Assembly (NCBI GenBank): GCA_965116475.1
Contig: OZ220691.1
Span: 1,984,001 to 2,048,000 of the forward strand
Direction of reading: 5' to 3'
DNA from: Gemmatimonadota bacterium
GTDB taxonomy: Bacteria > Gemmatimonadota > Gemmatimonadetes > Palauibacterales > Palauibacteraceae
Length of the DNA: 64,000 nt
Positions 55,258 through 64,000 of this stretch are shown one piece after another (the first letter of the stretch is position 1; every line of letters starts with the position of its first letter). Both the position numbers and the translations under genes were made by a program. Under the pieces are notes generated by a model. That model did not search any database. It was not told the origin of the DNA and saw nothing but the letters and a program-made list of their open reading frames with translations.

Positions 55258-56742
55258 CTAGACTTTTGTCAGCGCTTCGAGGAGGACGCGGGCCTTGTGG
55301 CGGGTTTCTTCCCACTCGCGCGCGGGTTCGGAGTCGTAGACGATTCCCGCTCCGGCCTGCGCGTACACGCGGTCGCCGACGGAAAGCAGCGTGCGGATGA
55401 CGATGGCCATGTCGAGGCTCGTTGCGCCGTAGCCGACGTAGCCGGCCGCGCCGCCGTACGGTCCCCGACGGGTCGGTTCGAGTTCGTCCAGGATCTCCAT
55501 CGCGCGCACCTTCGGGGCGCCGGTGAGCGTGCCGGCGGGGAAGCAGGCCTTGAAGGCGTCGATGGCGTCGTCTCCGTCCGTCAGCGACCCCGCCACCTCG
55601 CTCACGAGGTGCATGACGTGGCTGTAGCGCTCGATCTCCATGAAGCGCGAAACCTCGACGGAGCCGGGCCGGGCGACGCGGCTCACATCGTTGCGGCCGA
55701 GGTCCACGAGCATGAGGTGTTCCGCCCGCTCCTTCTCGTCGGCGAGCAGATCGCGCGCGTGCCGGTCGTCCTCGGGCGGCGTGGCCCCGCGCGGCCGCGT
55801 CCCGGCGATCGGGCGCACGGTCACGATCCCGTCCTCGACCCGGACCAGCGTCTCCGGGGACGAGCCGATGAGGCGCATGCCGTCGAGTTCTATGAAGAAG
55901 AGGTAGGGCGACGGGTTGCTGCGGCGGAGCGCGCGGTAAAGCTCGAGCGGATCGCCGTCGAAACGTGCGCCGGCGCGCTGCGAGACCACGACCTGGTACG
56001 CGTCTCCCGCCACGATGTACTCGCGGATCCGCTCGACGGCCGCCTCGTAGTCGTCGCGGGAGCGGTTACCGGCCACCTCCGGCGTGCCCACCCCGCCGTT
56101 GCCGAGCGGCCCCAGCCCGTGCGGGTGCTCCAGGCCGCGCACCCAGTCGGCGAGCCGGTCGACCGCGTCTCCGTACAGTTCGGCCGGGTCGTCGCCGCGC
56201 GCAACCGGCACGGCCGCCACGGCGATGGCGCGCGAATAGAGGTTGTCGATGATGAGCATGCGCTCCGTCGCCATGAAGCAGGCGTCCGGCACGCCGAGGT
56301 CGTCGGGCGGCGCCGCGGGCAGGTGCTCGAGCCAGCGCACCGTGTCGTAGCCGAAGAACCCGACCGCGCCGCCCCGGAACTGCGGCAGGCCGGGCACTTC
56401 GACCGGTTCGTAGCGCGTGATCCAGGCCTCGAAGGCGCCGAACGGATCGCTCGTGGTCTCGGGCTCGCCCCAGCCCTCCGCGGGCGTCCACAGCCGGATC
56501 TCCGAGCCGTCGAGTCGCCACGCTTCCCGGGGTTCGGAGCCGACGAAGCTGAATCGCGCCCAGCGTTCCCCGCCCTCCACCGACTCGAGAAGGAAGGAGA
56601 ACGGCCCGCGCCGGAGCTTCGAGAATGCCGTGACCGGCGTGTCGAGGTCGAACGGGATTTCGATGGCCACGGGCACCATCCGCCCGGGCTCGGCGAGGCG
56701 GGAGAATTCGGCAAAGTCGGGAATGACGGATACGTCGCTCAT
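55258..56742 (-). CDS. trpE: Anthranilate synthase component I
   Basis: LLESVEGG, NPSPY, SSPETL, PIAGT, EHLMLVDLGRND, FPAGTLTGAPKVRAM. Confidence 0.9.
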   Translation of the reverse strand: MSDVSVIPDFAEFSRLAEPGRMVPVAIEIPFDLDTPVTAFSKLRRGPFSFLLESVEGGERWARFSFVGSEPREAWRLDGSEIRLWTPAEGWGEPETTSDPFGAFEAWITRYEPVEVPGLPQFRGGAVGFFGYDTVRWLEHLPAAPPDDLGVPDACFMATERMLIIDNLYSRAIAVAAVPVARGDDPAELYGDAVDRLADWVRGLEHPHGLGPLGNGGVGTPEVAGNRSRDDYEAAVERIREYIVAGDAYQVVVSQRAGARFDGDPLELYRALRRSNPSPYLFFIELDGMRLIGSSPETLVRVEDGIVTVRPIAGTRPRGATPPEDDRHARDLLADEKERAEHLMLVDLGRNDVSRVARPGSVEVSRFMEIERYSHVMHLVSEVAGSLTDGDDAIDAFKACFPAGTLTGAPKVRAMEILDELEPTRRGPYGGAAGYVGYGATSLDMAIVIRTLLSVGDRVYAQAGAGIVYDSEPAREWEETRHKARVLLEALTKV

Positions 56743-56934
56743 GCGCCCAAGGTAGCAGCCGGTGGCGGGGACGGGGACCGACGCGGACACGCGCCCGGAT
56801 CACCTTGTCGGGCGTGGGCTTTTCGTCTACTCTCTCAGGTCCGGTTCAATCCGGCCCGAACCCGTATCAACCCATGGCCGAGGCACTGCCCGGCAGCCCA
56901 ATGCAGCCCGATAATGCAGCCCAATGAGGAAGCG

Positions 56935-58152
56935 ATGAACACCAGCGATTACATCTCTCAGGTCGAGCAGTGGAGCGCGCACAACTACCACCCGCTTCCC
57001 GTCGTGCTCGAGCGCGGCGAGGGCGAGTGGGTGTGGGACGTGGAGGGCCGCCGGTATCTGGACATGCTGAGCGCCTATTCCGCCGTGAACCAGGGACACC
57101 GCCATCCCCGCATCATCGAGGCGCTGCGCGCGCAGGCGGAGAAGCTGACGCTCACGTCGCGCGCCTTCCACAACGACCGCATGGGACCGTTCCTCCAGCA
57201 GCTGTGCGAGATGACGGGGTTCGAGCGCGCGCTGCCGATGAACACCGGCGCCGAGGGCGTGGAGACCGCGATCAAGGCGGCCCGCAAGTGGGGCTACACC
57301 GTGAAGGGCGTGGCCGAGGACCGGGCCGAGATCATCGTCTGCGAGCAGAACTTCCACGGCCGGACGACGACCATCGTGGGCTTTTCCTCGGATGAGGGAT
57401 CCACCTTCGGGTTCGGTCCCTTCACGCCGGGCTTCGTGTCGATCCCCTACGGCGACGCGGACGCGCTGGAGGCGGCGATCACGCCGAACACCGTCGGCTT
57501 CCTCGTCGAGCCCATCCAGGGCGAGGCGGGCGTGGTCGTGCCGCCCGACGGCTTCTACGCGCGGGCGCTGGAGATCTGCCGGACGAACGGCGTCCTCATG
57601 ATCAACGACGAGATCCAGACGGGCCTGGGGCGGACGGGCAAGCTGTTCTGCGCCGACTGGGAGGCGGACCGCGGCGACATCATGATCGTCGGGAAGGCGC
57701 TCGGCGGGGGTGTGTTCCCCGTCTCCGGCATCCTCGCCAACTCGGCCATCATGGACGTCTTCCATCCGGGAGACCACGGCTCGACGTTCGGCGGGAACCC
57801 GCTCGGCGCGGCCGTGGGAACGGCGGCGCTCGACGTGATCCGGGACGAGGACCTGCCGGGGCGCTCGAATGAACTGGGCGCCTGGTTCAAGGGAGAACTG
57901 GAGGCGATCGACTCGCCGCACGTGGACCACGTGCGCGGGCGGGGCCTCTTCATCGGCGTCGTCGTGCGGGACGAGTCGGGGTCGGCGCGTCCGTTCTGCG
58001 AGGCGCTGCAGGCGCGCGGGATCCTCGCCAAGGAGACGCACGAACAGGTGATCCGGTTCGCGCCTCCGCTCACGATCGAGAAGGCGAGCCTGGAATGGGC
58101 GCTGGAGAACATCGCCGAGGTGCTGGCGGGCGCGGCGGTCGCCGTCGCCTAG
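56935..58152 (+). CDS. rocD: Ornithine aminotransferase
   Basis: AHNYHPLPV, SAYSAVNQGH, EPIQGEAG, DEIQTGLGRTG, GKALGGG. Confidence 0.95.
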   Translation: MNTSDYISQVEQWSAHNYHPLPVVLERGEGEWVWDVEGRRYLDMLSAYSAVNQGHRHPRIIEALRAQAEKLTLTSRAFHNDRMGPFLQQLCEMTGFERALPMNTGAEGVETAIKAARKWGYTVKGVAEDRAEIIVCEQNFHGRTTTIVGFSSDEGSTFGFGPFTPGFVSIPYGDADALEAAITPNTVGFLVEPIQGEAGVVVPPDGFYARALEICRTNGVLMINDEIQTGLGRTGKLFCADWEADRGDIMIVGKALGGGVFPVSGILANSAIMDVFHPGDHGSTFGGNPLGAAVGTAALDVIRDEDLPGRSNELGAWFKGELEAIDSPHVDHVRGRGLFIGVVVRDESGSARPFCEALQARGILAKETHEQVIRFAPPLTIEKASLEWALENIAEVLAGAAVAVA

Positions 58153-58334
58153 GGCGCCGGGCGCCTGAACGGGAGCCTGAGCCGCTCCCGGAACCCCGCC
58201 TCCGGTCGACCGGCCGCGGCGCATCCCCGCCGCGGTCCGGTCGCCCCCGCGCAACCAATCCCCGGTTGCCTGTGTCACCGGTCCAGAAGCAGAAGAAGCG
58301 GAAGAACCGACGTGTACCCGGAGACCCCGGCACG

Positions 58335-58877
58335 GTGACGGAACCGCAACTTATTCAGCGACTCAGGGACGGAGACCAGGACGCGGCGCGCGCGTTGTAC
58401 GACGCGCACGTCGACCGGGTGTTCCGGATATGCTACCGCTTTGCGGGCGAGGACCACCTCGCCCAGGACTTCACGCAGGAGACGTTCGTGCGGGCGTTCA
58501 CGAAGATCGACACGTTTCGCGGCGAGGCCGCGTTCGGGACGTGGCTGGGATCGATCGCCACGACCGTGTCGCTGAACGGGCTCCGCAAGGTGAAGCGCTT
58601 TCGCAGCCGCGAGACCGCGCTGCACGAGGACCTCCGCGCTACCGGCGGCCTGAACCGCCTCGAGCCCGACGTCAAGGAGCGGCTGCACCGCGCGATCGAC
58701 GAGCTTCCCGCCGGTTATCGCACCGTCTTCCTGCTGCACGACCTCGAGGGCTACACGCACGAGGAGATCGGGACGATGCTCGGCATCAAGGCCGGGACGT
58801 CCAAGTCGCAGCTCTTCCGGGCGCGCAGCCGCCTGCGGGAGAAGCTCGCGGACTTCGCGGGAGAATGGGCATGCTGA
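58335..58877 (+). CDS. ECF RNA polymerase sigma factor
   Basis: AQDFTQETF, FGTWL, LPAGYRTVFLL, EEIG...GTSKSQLFRAR. Confidence 0.92.
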   Translation: MTEPQLIQRLRDGDQDAARALYDAHVDRVFRICYRFAGEDHLAQDFTQETFVRAFTKIDTFRGEAAFGTWLGSIATTVSLNGLRKVKRFRSRETALHEDLRATGGLNRLEPDVKERLHRAIDELPAGYRTVFLLHDLEGYTHEEIGTMLGIKAGTSKSQLFRARSRLREKLADFAGEWAC

Positions 58878-59959
58878 AGGATCGCATGGACGACGCGAGC
58901 CGCTTTGCCCGGTTCGTCCGCCGGGAGGCGGCGGACTACCACGATCCGCCGGAAGCCCCGGTCGAGAGCATGTGGGCCGGGATCGAGGCGCGGCTCGTTG
59001 CGGCATCGACGCCCGGCTCCCACGGCGCGACGAACGACGTCGCGGGTGCAGCGGCGGACATCGAGGACGGGCTTGCCGGCGTCGGCGGCGCCGTCGATCG
59101 CCCGTTCGATGTGCTCGGCTACCACGATCCGCCGTCCGCGCCGCGCGAGGCGATGTGGGAACGGATCGAGGCGGAATGGATCGCGCGGCAGCCGGAGGAC
59201 CCCGGCGCGCGCACGGCGACTCGCGGCCCGCTGCGGTTGATCGTGTCCCGGACGCTCGGGCGGCGGCCCGGCCGGACAACGATGTGGCTGACGGGAGCCG
59301 CCGCCGCTTCGATTGCCCTGGCCGTGGCGCTCGACCGCGGCTCGCAGCTCTCCGTGCCCGCCGAGCCGGAAACGGTCGCCGCGGCGACGACGACGGCGCC
59401 GGTGACGGCTGCGACGCCGAACTCGGTCGCCGCGACCGATTCCGGGCCCCTCGCGCCGACGGCCGCCGAGGAGGCGCTGGCGCTTTCCGTCGTCGAGGAG
59501 CCCCTGGAGACGAACCGGCAGTTCGCCGCGGCCGATCCGCCGCCGGCCGCCGATCCGCCGTCGGCCGCAGATCCGGCCCCGGCCGCGACACCGGGCCGGC
59601 CCGCAGCGGACCCGCCGCTACGCGATGCCGCCGCCGAATACGACATGTCCCGGATCTCCCGTCACCTGGACCGGACCCAGGCCCTGCTCGTCGCGTTCCG
59701 CACGGATATCGGCACCGACGAATCGCAGCGCGACCTGGCCCGGTGGGCGCGCGAGTTCCTGGTCGAGACCCGTTCGCTGCTCAACACGCCCGCCGCGGAA
59801 GGCCAGCGGGAACGCGCGCTGCTGCAGGATCTCGAACTCGTCCTCGTGCAGATCGCGCGCCTCGGCCCGGACGCCCCGGACTTCGAGCGCGAACTGGCCC
59901 GCGAGAGCGTGGAACGGCAGGGGACGCTGATGCGGCTGCGGTCCGCGAGCGGCACATGA
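58871..59959 (+). CDS. Putative anti-sigma factor (single TM)
   Basis: Overlaps sigma stop; central TM WLTGAAAASIALAVAL; C-terminal LLQDLELVLVQIA. Confidence 0.7.
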   Translation: MLKDRMDDASRFARFVRREAADYHDPPEAPVESMWAGIEARLVAASTPGSHGATNDVAGAAADIEDGLAGVGGAVDRPFDVLGYHDPPSAPREAMWERIEAEWIARQPEDPGARTATRGPLRLIVSRTLGRRPGRTTMWLTGAAAASIALAVALDRGSQLSVPAEPETVAAATTTAPVTAATPNSVAATDSGPLAPTAAEEALALSVVEEPLETNRQFAAADPPPAADPPSAADPAPAATPGRPAADPPLRDAAAEYDMSRISRHLDRTQALLVAFRTDIGTDESQRDLARWAREFLVETRSLLNTPAAEGQRERALLQDLELVLVQIARLGPDAPDFERELARESVERQGTLMRLRSASGT

Positions 59960-60006
59960 CGCGGCATCTGAAGCGGCACATGAATGGAACCGGACGGAGG
60001 TATACC

Positions 60007-61866
60007 ATGAATAATCGCGTAAGACACCTGACGTGGACCGGGCTGCTGCTGGCCGGCCTCACGATCGTGGACGGCGCCCCCTGGCGCGCCGCGCTGCCCG
60101 TGCTCGGGGCGGAGACCCTTGCCGCGCAGACCGTCCAGCAGGAGGAGGTGGCGCGATTCCTCGAGGCGCGCCGCGCCATCAACGCGGAGGAGTTCGAACG
60201 CGCGGTGGCCCTCTTCCAGGCGGTACGGACCGAATCCCCGCTCGTGACGCCCCGGTTCGAGCCCGATTCCTACTACTGGGAGGCGTTCGCCCGCTATCGC
60301 CTCGGCGACCTGGCCGAGGCTCGGTTGCTGCTCGAAATACTGATGGTCGGATTTTCCGAGGCGCGGCCGCCCGAGGCTCGCCAGGGCAATCGCCAAGCCA
60401 GGGAAGCCGGGCGGCTGTACCACGACGCGCGGGCCCTGGACTTCGAGATCCGGAGCCAGCTCGCGTCCCAGGGCGACGCCGGCGATGCGGAGCGGCTGCT
60501 GCGCGAAGCGGAGGAAACCCTCGATGTCGCCGCCACGACGCCCGGCTTTCGCGTGATGCCCATGCAGGTGGGGGACCGCACCCTCACGCTTCCCGTGCGA
60601 GTGGCCGACCTGACGGCTGTGCCGGACTCGGTGGCCGCCGACTCGCTGGCCGACGCCCAGGGCGAGCCGGACGCACGGGGCGAGCCGGACGCACAGGACC
60701 CGGAGGACTACCTCCGGCGACTGGCGGAGTCCTCGGAGAGCATCACCGATTTCGAGCGGCAGGTTGCGGACTACGCGCGGCTGGCCTCGGACGTCGATTT
60801 GCTGCAGGCCGACTGGCACCGGGCGGAATACCAGGAGGCGCTGCGCGCCGCGTCGCAGGAGCGGGGGACGTGCGATGACGTGTCGGTGCAGTTGGCGGCG
60901 CTCGAAGCGGTCATGCGCTACGAGAACGAGATCAACCGGATGCAGGTGCTTCGCGACGTCCTGGACCGTGACGACGAGTGTGCGACGCGGCTTCACGAGG
61001 AAGCGGTCGGACTCATCGCGAGAGAGGGAACCGGGGAAGCCGAGGACGTTCTCCTCGGCATCTTCGAGACCCATTCGGAGAGATCCGTTCGCAGGCACGC
61101 GCTGCAGGAAATGTGGCGTTTCAACTCCTGGGATGCGTACCAGGTGCTCAAGCAGACGCTCGAGGACTCGGACGACTACGCCATGCAGAGCGATGTGATC
61201 GAAGCCCTCCGCAGGAGTACGTTCGAGGGGACGACGACCGGCGCCGCGTGGATGCAGTATGGCCTCCGCAACGGCGCCGTGAATGCGCTCGTCAACGCGG
61301 CCCTCGATGATTCCAAGTCGGAGAGTATCCGCAACGCGGCGATCAGAGCGGTGGGCCGTCGGGATGACGTGCAAGCCGCCGCTTTCATTCCGCTCTACGA
61401 ACGACTCGATGCGGATGACCTCAAGGAGTCCGTGCTCCGGGCCGTGCAACGAAAGGTGCGCGAAGAAGCGGACATGGAGACGGCCGCCTGGGCGCGCTCG
61501 GTCGCCTTCGACACGGAGGAGTCCGAAGACGTGCGCGAGGAAGCCTTCACCGCGTGGGCGGGTCACCCGACGGTGACGGTGGCGTACCTCGCCGACCTCT
61601 ACGGGGAGATTTCGGAGCCCTTCCTGAAGATGCAGGCCATCTACGCCATCTTCGAGCGGGCCGATGCCGACTCCGACGCCCCTCGGGTCCTGATGGAACT
61701 GATCCGGGACGAACCGAACCACGAGGTGCGGGAACGCGGTATCTACTGGCTCGGCCGCACGGGATCCGAGGATGCGGTGGACTTCCTCCTCGAATTGCTG
61801 CGTCCCCCGGTCGCCGATACGCTGCCGCCTGCCGCCACCGATACCGTGCCGAAGCGCCCCGGTTGA
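60007..61866 (+). CDS. Secreted TPR/HEAT-repeat protein
   Basis: GGAGG RBS; signal segment; SYYWEAFARY TPR; VRRHAL, IRNAAIRAVG, VRERGIYWLG HEAT repeats. Confidence 0.78.
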   Translation: MNNRVRHLTWTGLLLAGLTIVDGAPWRAALPVLGAETLAAQTVQQEEVARFLEARRAINAEEFERAVALFQAVRTESPLVTPRFEPDSYYWEAFARYRLGDLAEARLLLEILMVGFSEARPPEARQGNRQAREAGRLYHDARALDFEIRSQLASQGDAGDAERLLREAEETLDVAATTPGFRVMPMQVGDRTLTLPVRVADLTAVPDSVAADSLADAQGEPDARGEPDAQDPEDYLRRLAESSESITDFERQVADYARLASDVDLLQADWHRAEYQEALRAASQERGTCDDVSVQLAALEAVMRYENEINRMQVLRDVLDRDDECATRLHEEAVGLIAREGTGEAEDVLLGIFETHSERSVRRHALQEMWRFNSWDAYQVLKQTLEDSDDYAMQSDVIEALRRSTFEGTTTGAAWMQYGLRNGAVNALVNAALDDSKSESIRNAAIRAVGRRDDVQAAAFIPLYERLDADDLKESVLRAVQRKVREEADMETAAWARSVAFDTEESEDVREEAFTAWAGHPTVTVAYLADLYGEISEPFLKMQAIYAIFERADADSDAPRVLMELIRDEPNHEVRERGIYWLGRTGSEDAVDFLLELLRPPVADTLPPAATDTVPKRPG

Positions 61867-61880
61867 GGCGCGGCAGCGGT

Positions 61881-63131
61881 GTGAGGCGGGGCCGCGGCGC
61901 CTTTCCGCTGCTGGCCGCGGTCGCCACGCTGGGCTGCGATTCGGCGGGGGCGCCGGCGGGAACGCTGCACTCGGATTCGTCCGGTGTGGCGGTCGCCACG
62001 GCCGTCGAGCCGACTTGGGAACCCGGCGAAGGCTGGACCGTGGGCGAGCCGCCGCTGCTCCAGATCGGGACCGCGATCGGAGATCCCGACTACCAGCTCG
62101 ACGGTATCGTAGGCGCGGTTCGTTTGAGTTCCGGAGACATCGTCCTCGGCGACGGGGGCTCCGGCGAACTCCGCCGCTACGATCCCGACGGGACCTTCGT
62201 ATGGCGCGCGGCCGGAGAAGGCGAAGGCCCTGGAGAACACCAGTTCCTCTCCTTCCTCGGCACGCTCGCCGGCGACTCCCTGGTTTCGTACGACCTCGCG
62301 CTGCAACGCGTACAGATCTTCGACGCGGAGGGTGAACTCGTCCGCACGCTCCCCATCGAGTCGCCTTGGCGGGGATCCATGCCGCGGCGGGCGCTCGGCG
62401 TCTCGGGCCGCCATCTCGTCATGTCCTTCGCGGATCGTACCGAGATCCCGGAGGGAGGGATCGTGAGATGGCCCCACATCAGGGTCGCAACGGTCGACCT
62501 CGCCGACGGAGCGATCGAGGCGGTCTCGGACTTCCCTGGCGCCGAGCAGGTGATAGAGGACTACGGCGAGAGCGTCGCCTTTGTGGCCTACGACTTCGGG
62601 AAGGGGCCGCGGTTCGCCGTCGCCGCCGGGAGGCTCGCGGCCGTCGATACGGAGGCCTTTCGGATACGATCAATCTCCCTCGGAGACGGCGGGACCGAGC
62701 AGATCCTCCGCCGCGACATTGCGCCCACTCCGGTCACGAGCGCCCACGTGGACGCGGAGATCGAGGAGTACATCGAGACGAACGTGACCTACGGCGGCGT
62801 TTCCCGCGAACAGGCGGAGGAGATGGGGCGGCGTCGGCGCGACGATCCCAGAGCGGCGACGCTCCCGGTTCTGCGTTCCATCCGGCTCGATGAGACGGGG
62901 AATCTCTGGGTGGAGCCATTCTTCGGCGCCGGGATCGACGTCGGGCCCTTCGAGGTCTTCGCTGTGGACGGCACCTGGCTGGGCGCCGTCTCCCTTCCGT
63001 CCGGGTTGCGCCGAGGGTTCACCGCCGACATGGCCCCCGGCCTCGAGATCGGCGACGACTACCTGCTCGGGGTATGGACCGACGCGCAGGGCGTCGAATA
63101 CGTCCGCCTCTATTCCCTGGACAAGTCATGA
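61881..63131 (+). CDS. 6-bladed beta-propeller lipoprotein
   Basis: ATLGC lipobox; GEGEGPGE, DETGNLWV, DGTWLG. Confidence 0.8.
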   Translation: MRRGRGAFPLLAAVATLGCDSAGAPAGTLHSDSSGVAVATAVEPTWEPGEGWTVGEPPLLQIGTAIGDPDYQLDGIVGAVRLSSGDIVLGDGGSGELRRYDPDGTFVWRAAGEGEGPGEHQFLSFLGTLAGDSLVSYDLALQRVQIFDAEGELVRTLPIESPWRGSMPRRALGVSGRHLVMSFADRTEIPEGGIVRWPHIRVATVDLADGAIEAVSDFPGAEQVIEDYGESVAFVAYDFGKGPRFAVAAGRLAAVDTEAFRIRSISLGDGGTEQILRRDIAPTPVTSAHVDAEIEEYIETNVTYGGVSREQAEEMGRRRRDDPRAATLPVLRSIRLDETGNLWVEPFFGAGIDVGPFEVFAVDGTWLGAVSLPSGLRRGFTADMAPGLEIGDDYLLGVWTDAQGVEYVRLYSLDKS

Positions 63132-64000
63132 TGATCGGCGTTCCGTGGATCCGTGGAGTTGCGCGGCTTCCCCTTCTGGCCTTCGCCGCCGCCTGCGGTC
63201 GCGGCGACGCCGCGGACCCGGGTGTTTTCACGCCCGAACTCATCAGCACGGCGGCCGTGCCGCTGAGCGAGAGCGAGGAAGTGGCGCTGCTCGCGGACGA
63301 GCGCACGGCCTGCGTCATCGACTCCTACGAAGGGCAGGTCCGCTGCGTGGACGGAGGAGGCGGCGTCGTCGGTGTCTTCGGGCGCGAAGGCGAGGGCCCC
63401 GGCGAGTTCATCGATCCCGCGTATCTCACCCGTGGAGAGGCGGGAACCGTCGGCGTGGTCGATTCCGACCTGGGCCGCTTCACGGTCTTCGAGCCATCGG
63501 GCGCCTGGGTGTCGGATGTGATGCTGCCGGAAGTGTTCCAGCCCTTCCCATCGTTCGGCGCCGCGGTTTCGGGCGTGTCGCTGGACTACATGGTAATGCT
63601 GGGCCGGATGTCCGGATCGCTGATGACCCGGTACGACGTGGACCTCGCCTCCGGGGCAGTCGTGGGGCAGGAAGAGTCGCCGCCCGGGCCGTGGGACATC
63701 GAGTGCGAGCAAGTCGTCCACGGCATCCCGGACCCGGCCGGGGGCTGGACGTTCGTGGCCTGCGAGGGGCACCTGATCTTCGTCGGCGACACCGGCGACG
63801 CCACAGTGCTCCGCGCGCCCATGTACGTCCCGGAACTCCCGAACGAACTCGACGTGGCGCGGAGGGAAGAGGAACTCCTGGCACTCAACCGGTCGCAGGG
63901 TTTCCCGCGCACGCCCGCCATCGACGAGGGGCTGGAGCGCTATCGCGCCACGCCGAAGAACTACTACGTGAGCGCGGGCGAGCAGTTGTTCGACGCCGCC
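63128..64000 (+). CDS. Second beta-propeller lipoprotein (runs off window)
   Basis: Manual translation MMIGVPW...FAAACG; FGREGEGPGEF; ATGA overlap with the upstream gene. Confidence 0.75.
   Translation, partial: MMIGVPWIRGVARLPLLAFAAACGRGDAADPGVFTPELISTAAVPLSESEEVALLADERTACVIDSYEGQVRCVDGGGGVVGVFGREGEGPGEFIDPAYLTRGEAGTVGVVDSDLGRFTVFEPSGAWVSDVMLPEVFQPFPSFGAAVSGVSLDYMVMLGRMSGSLMTRYDVDLASGAVVGQEESPPGPWDIECEQVVHGIPDPAGGWTFVACEGHLIFVGDTGDATVLRAPMYVPELPNELDVARREEELLALNRSQGFPRTPAIDEGLERYRATPKNYYVSAGEQLFDAA

Overview
High-GC (roughly 70% by eye) bacterial chromosomal window with about 58 genes and no rRNA, tRNA, CRISPR array, integrase or transposase. Gene content (carboxypeptidase-regulatory-domain proteins, 6-bladed beta-propeller lipoproteins, BTAD regulator, M56-TonB fusions) suggests Gemmatimonadota; this is inference only. 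Housekeeping and metabolic genes include dsbD, a PiT transporter, CYTH-CHAD, hisN, sodA, pfkA, lon, ispH, tupABC, ubiE/menG, trpE and rocD. The most interesting accessory block (about 30.4-46.8 kb) has a BTAD regulator with a degenerate P-loop, a BlaI repressor with a candidate operator, two tandem M56 protease-TonB fusions (one with two TonB-receptor plug modules) and four secreted 'barrel-less' TonB-receptor-like proteins. Together these may form an undescribed trans-envelope signalling system. Other notable items: two inverted copies of a ~172-bp MITE-like hairpin element with covarying termini; a toxin-first PIN toxin-antitoxin pair; a PIG-L deacetylase/symporter/GH4 operon; an apparently inactive amidohydrolase; an orphan HcrB-like subunit; a DUF222-HNH remnant; and repeated micro-duplications at gene boundaries. 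All calls come from manual motif reading with no database searches, and start codons were often refined by eye.
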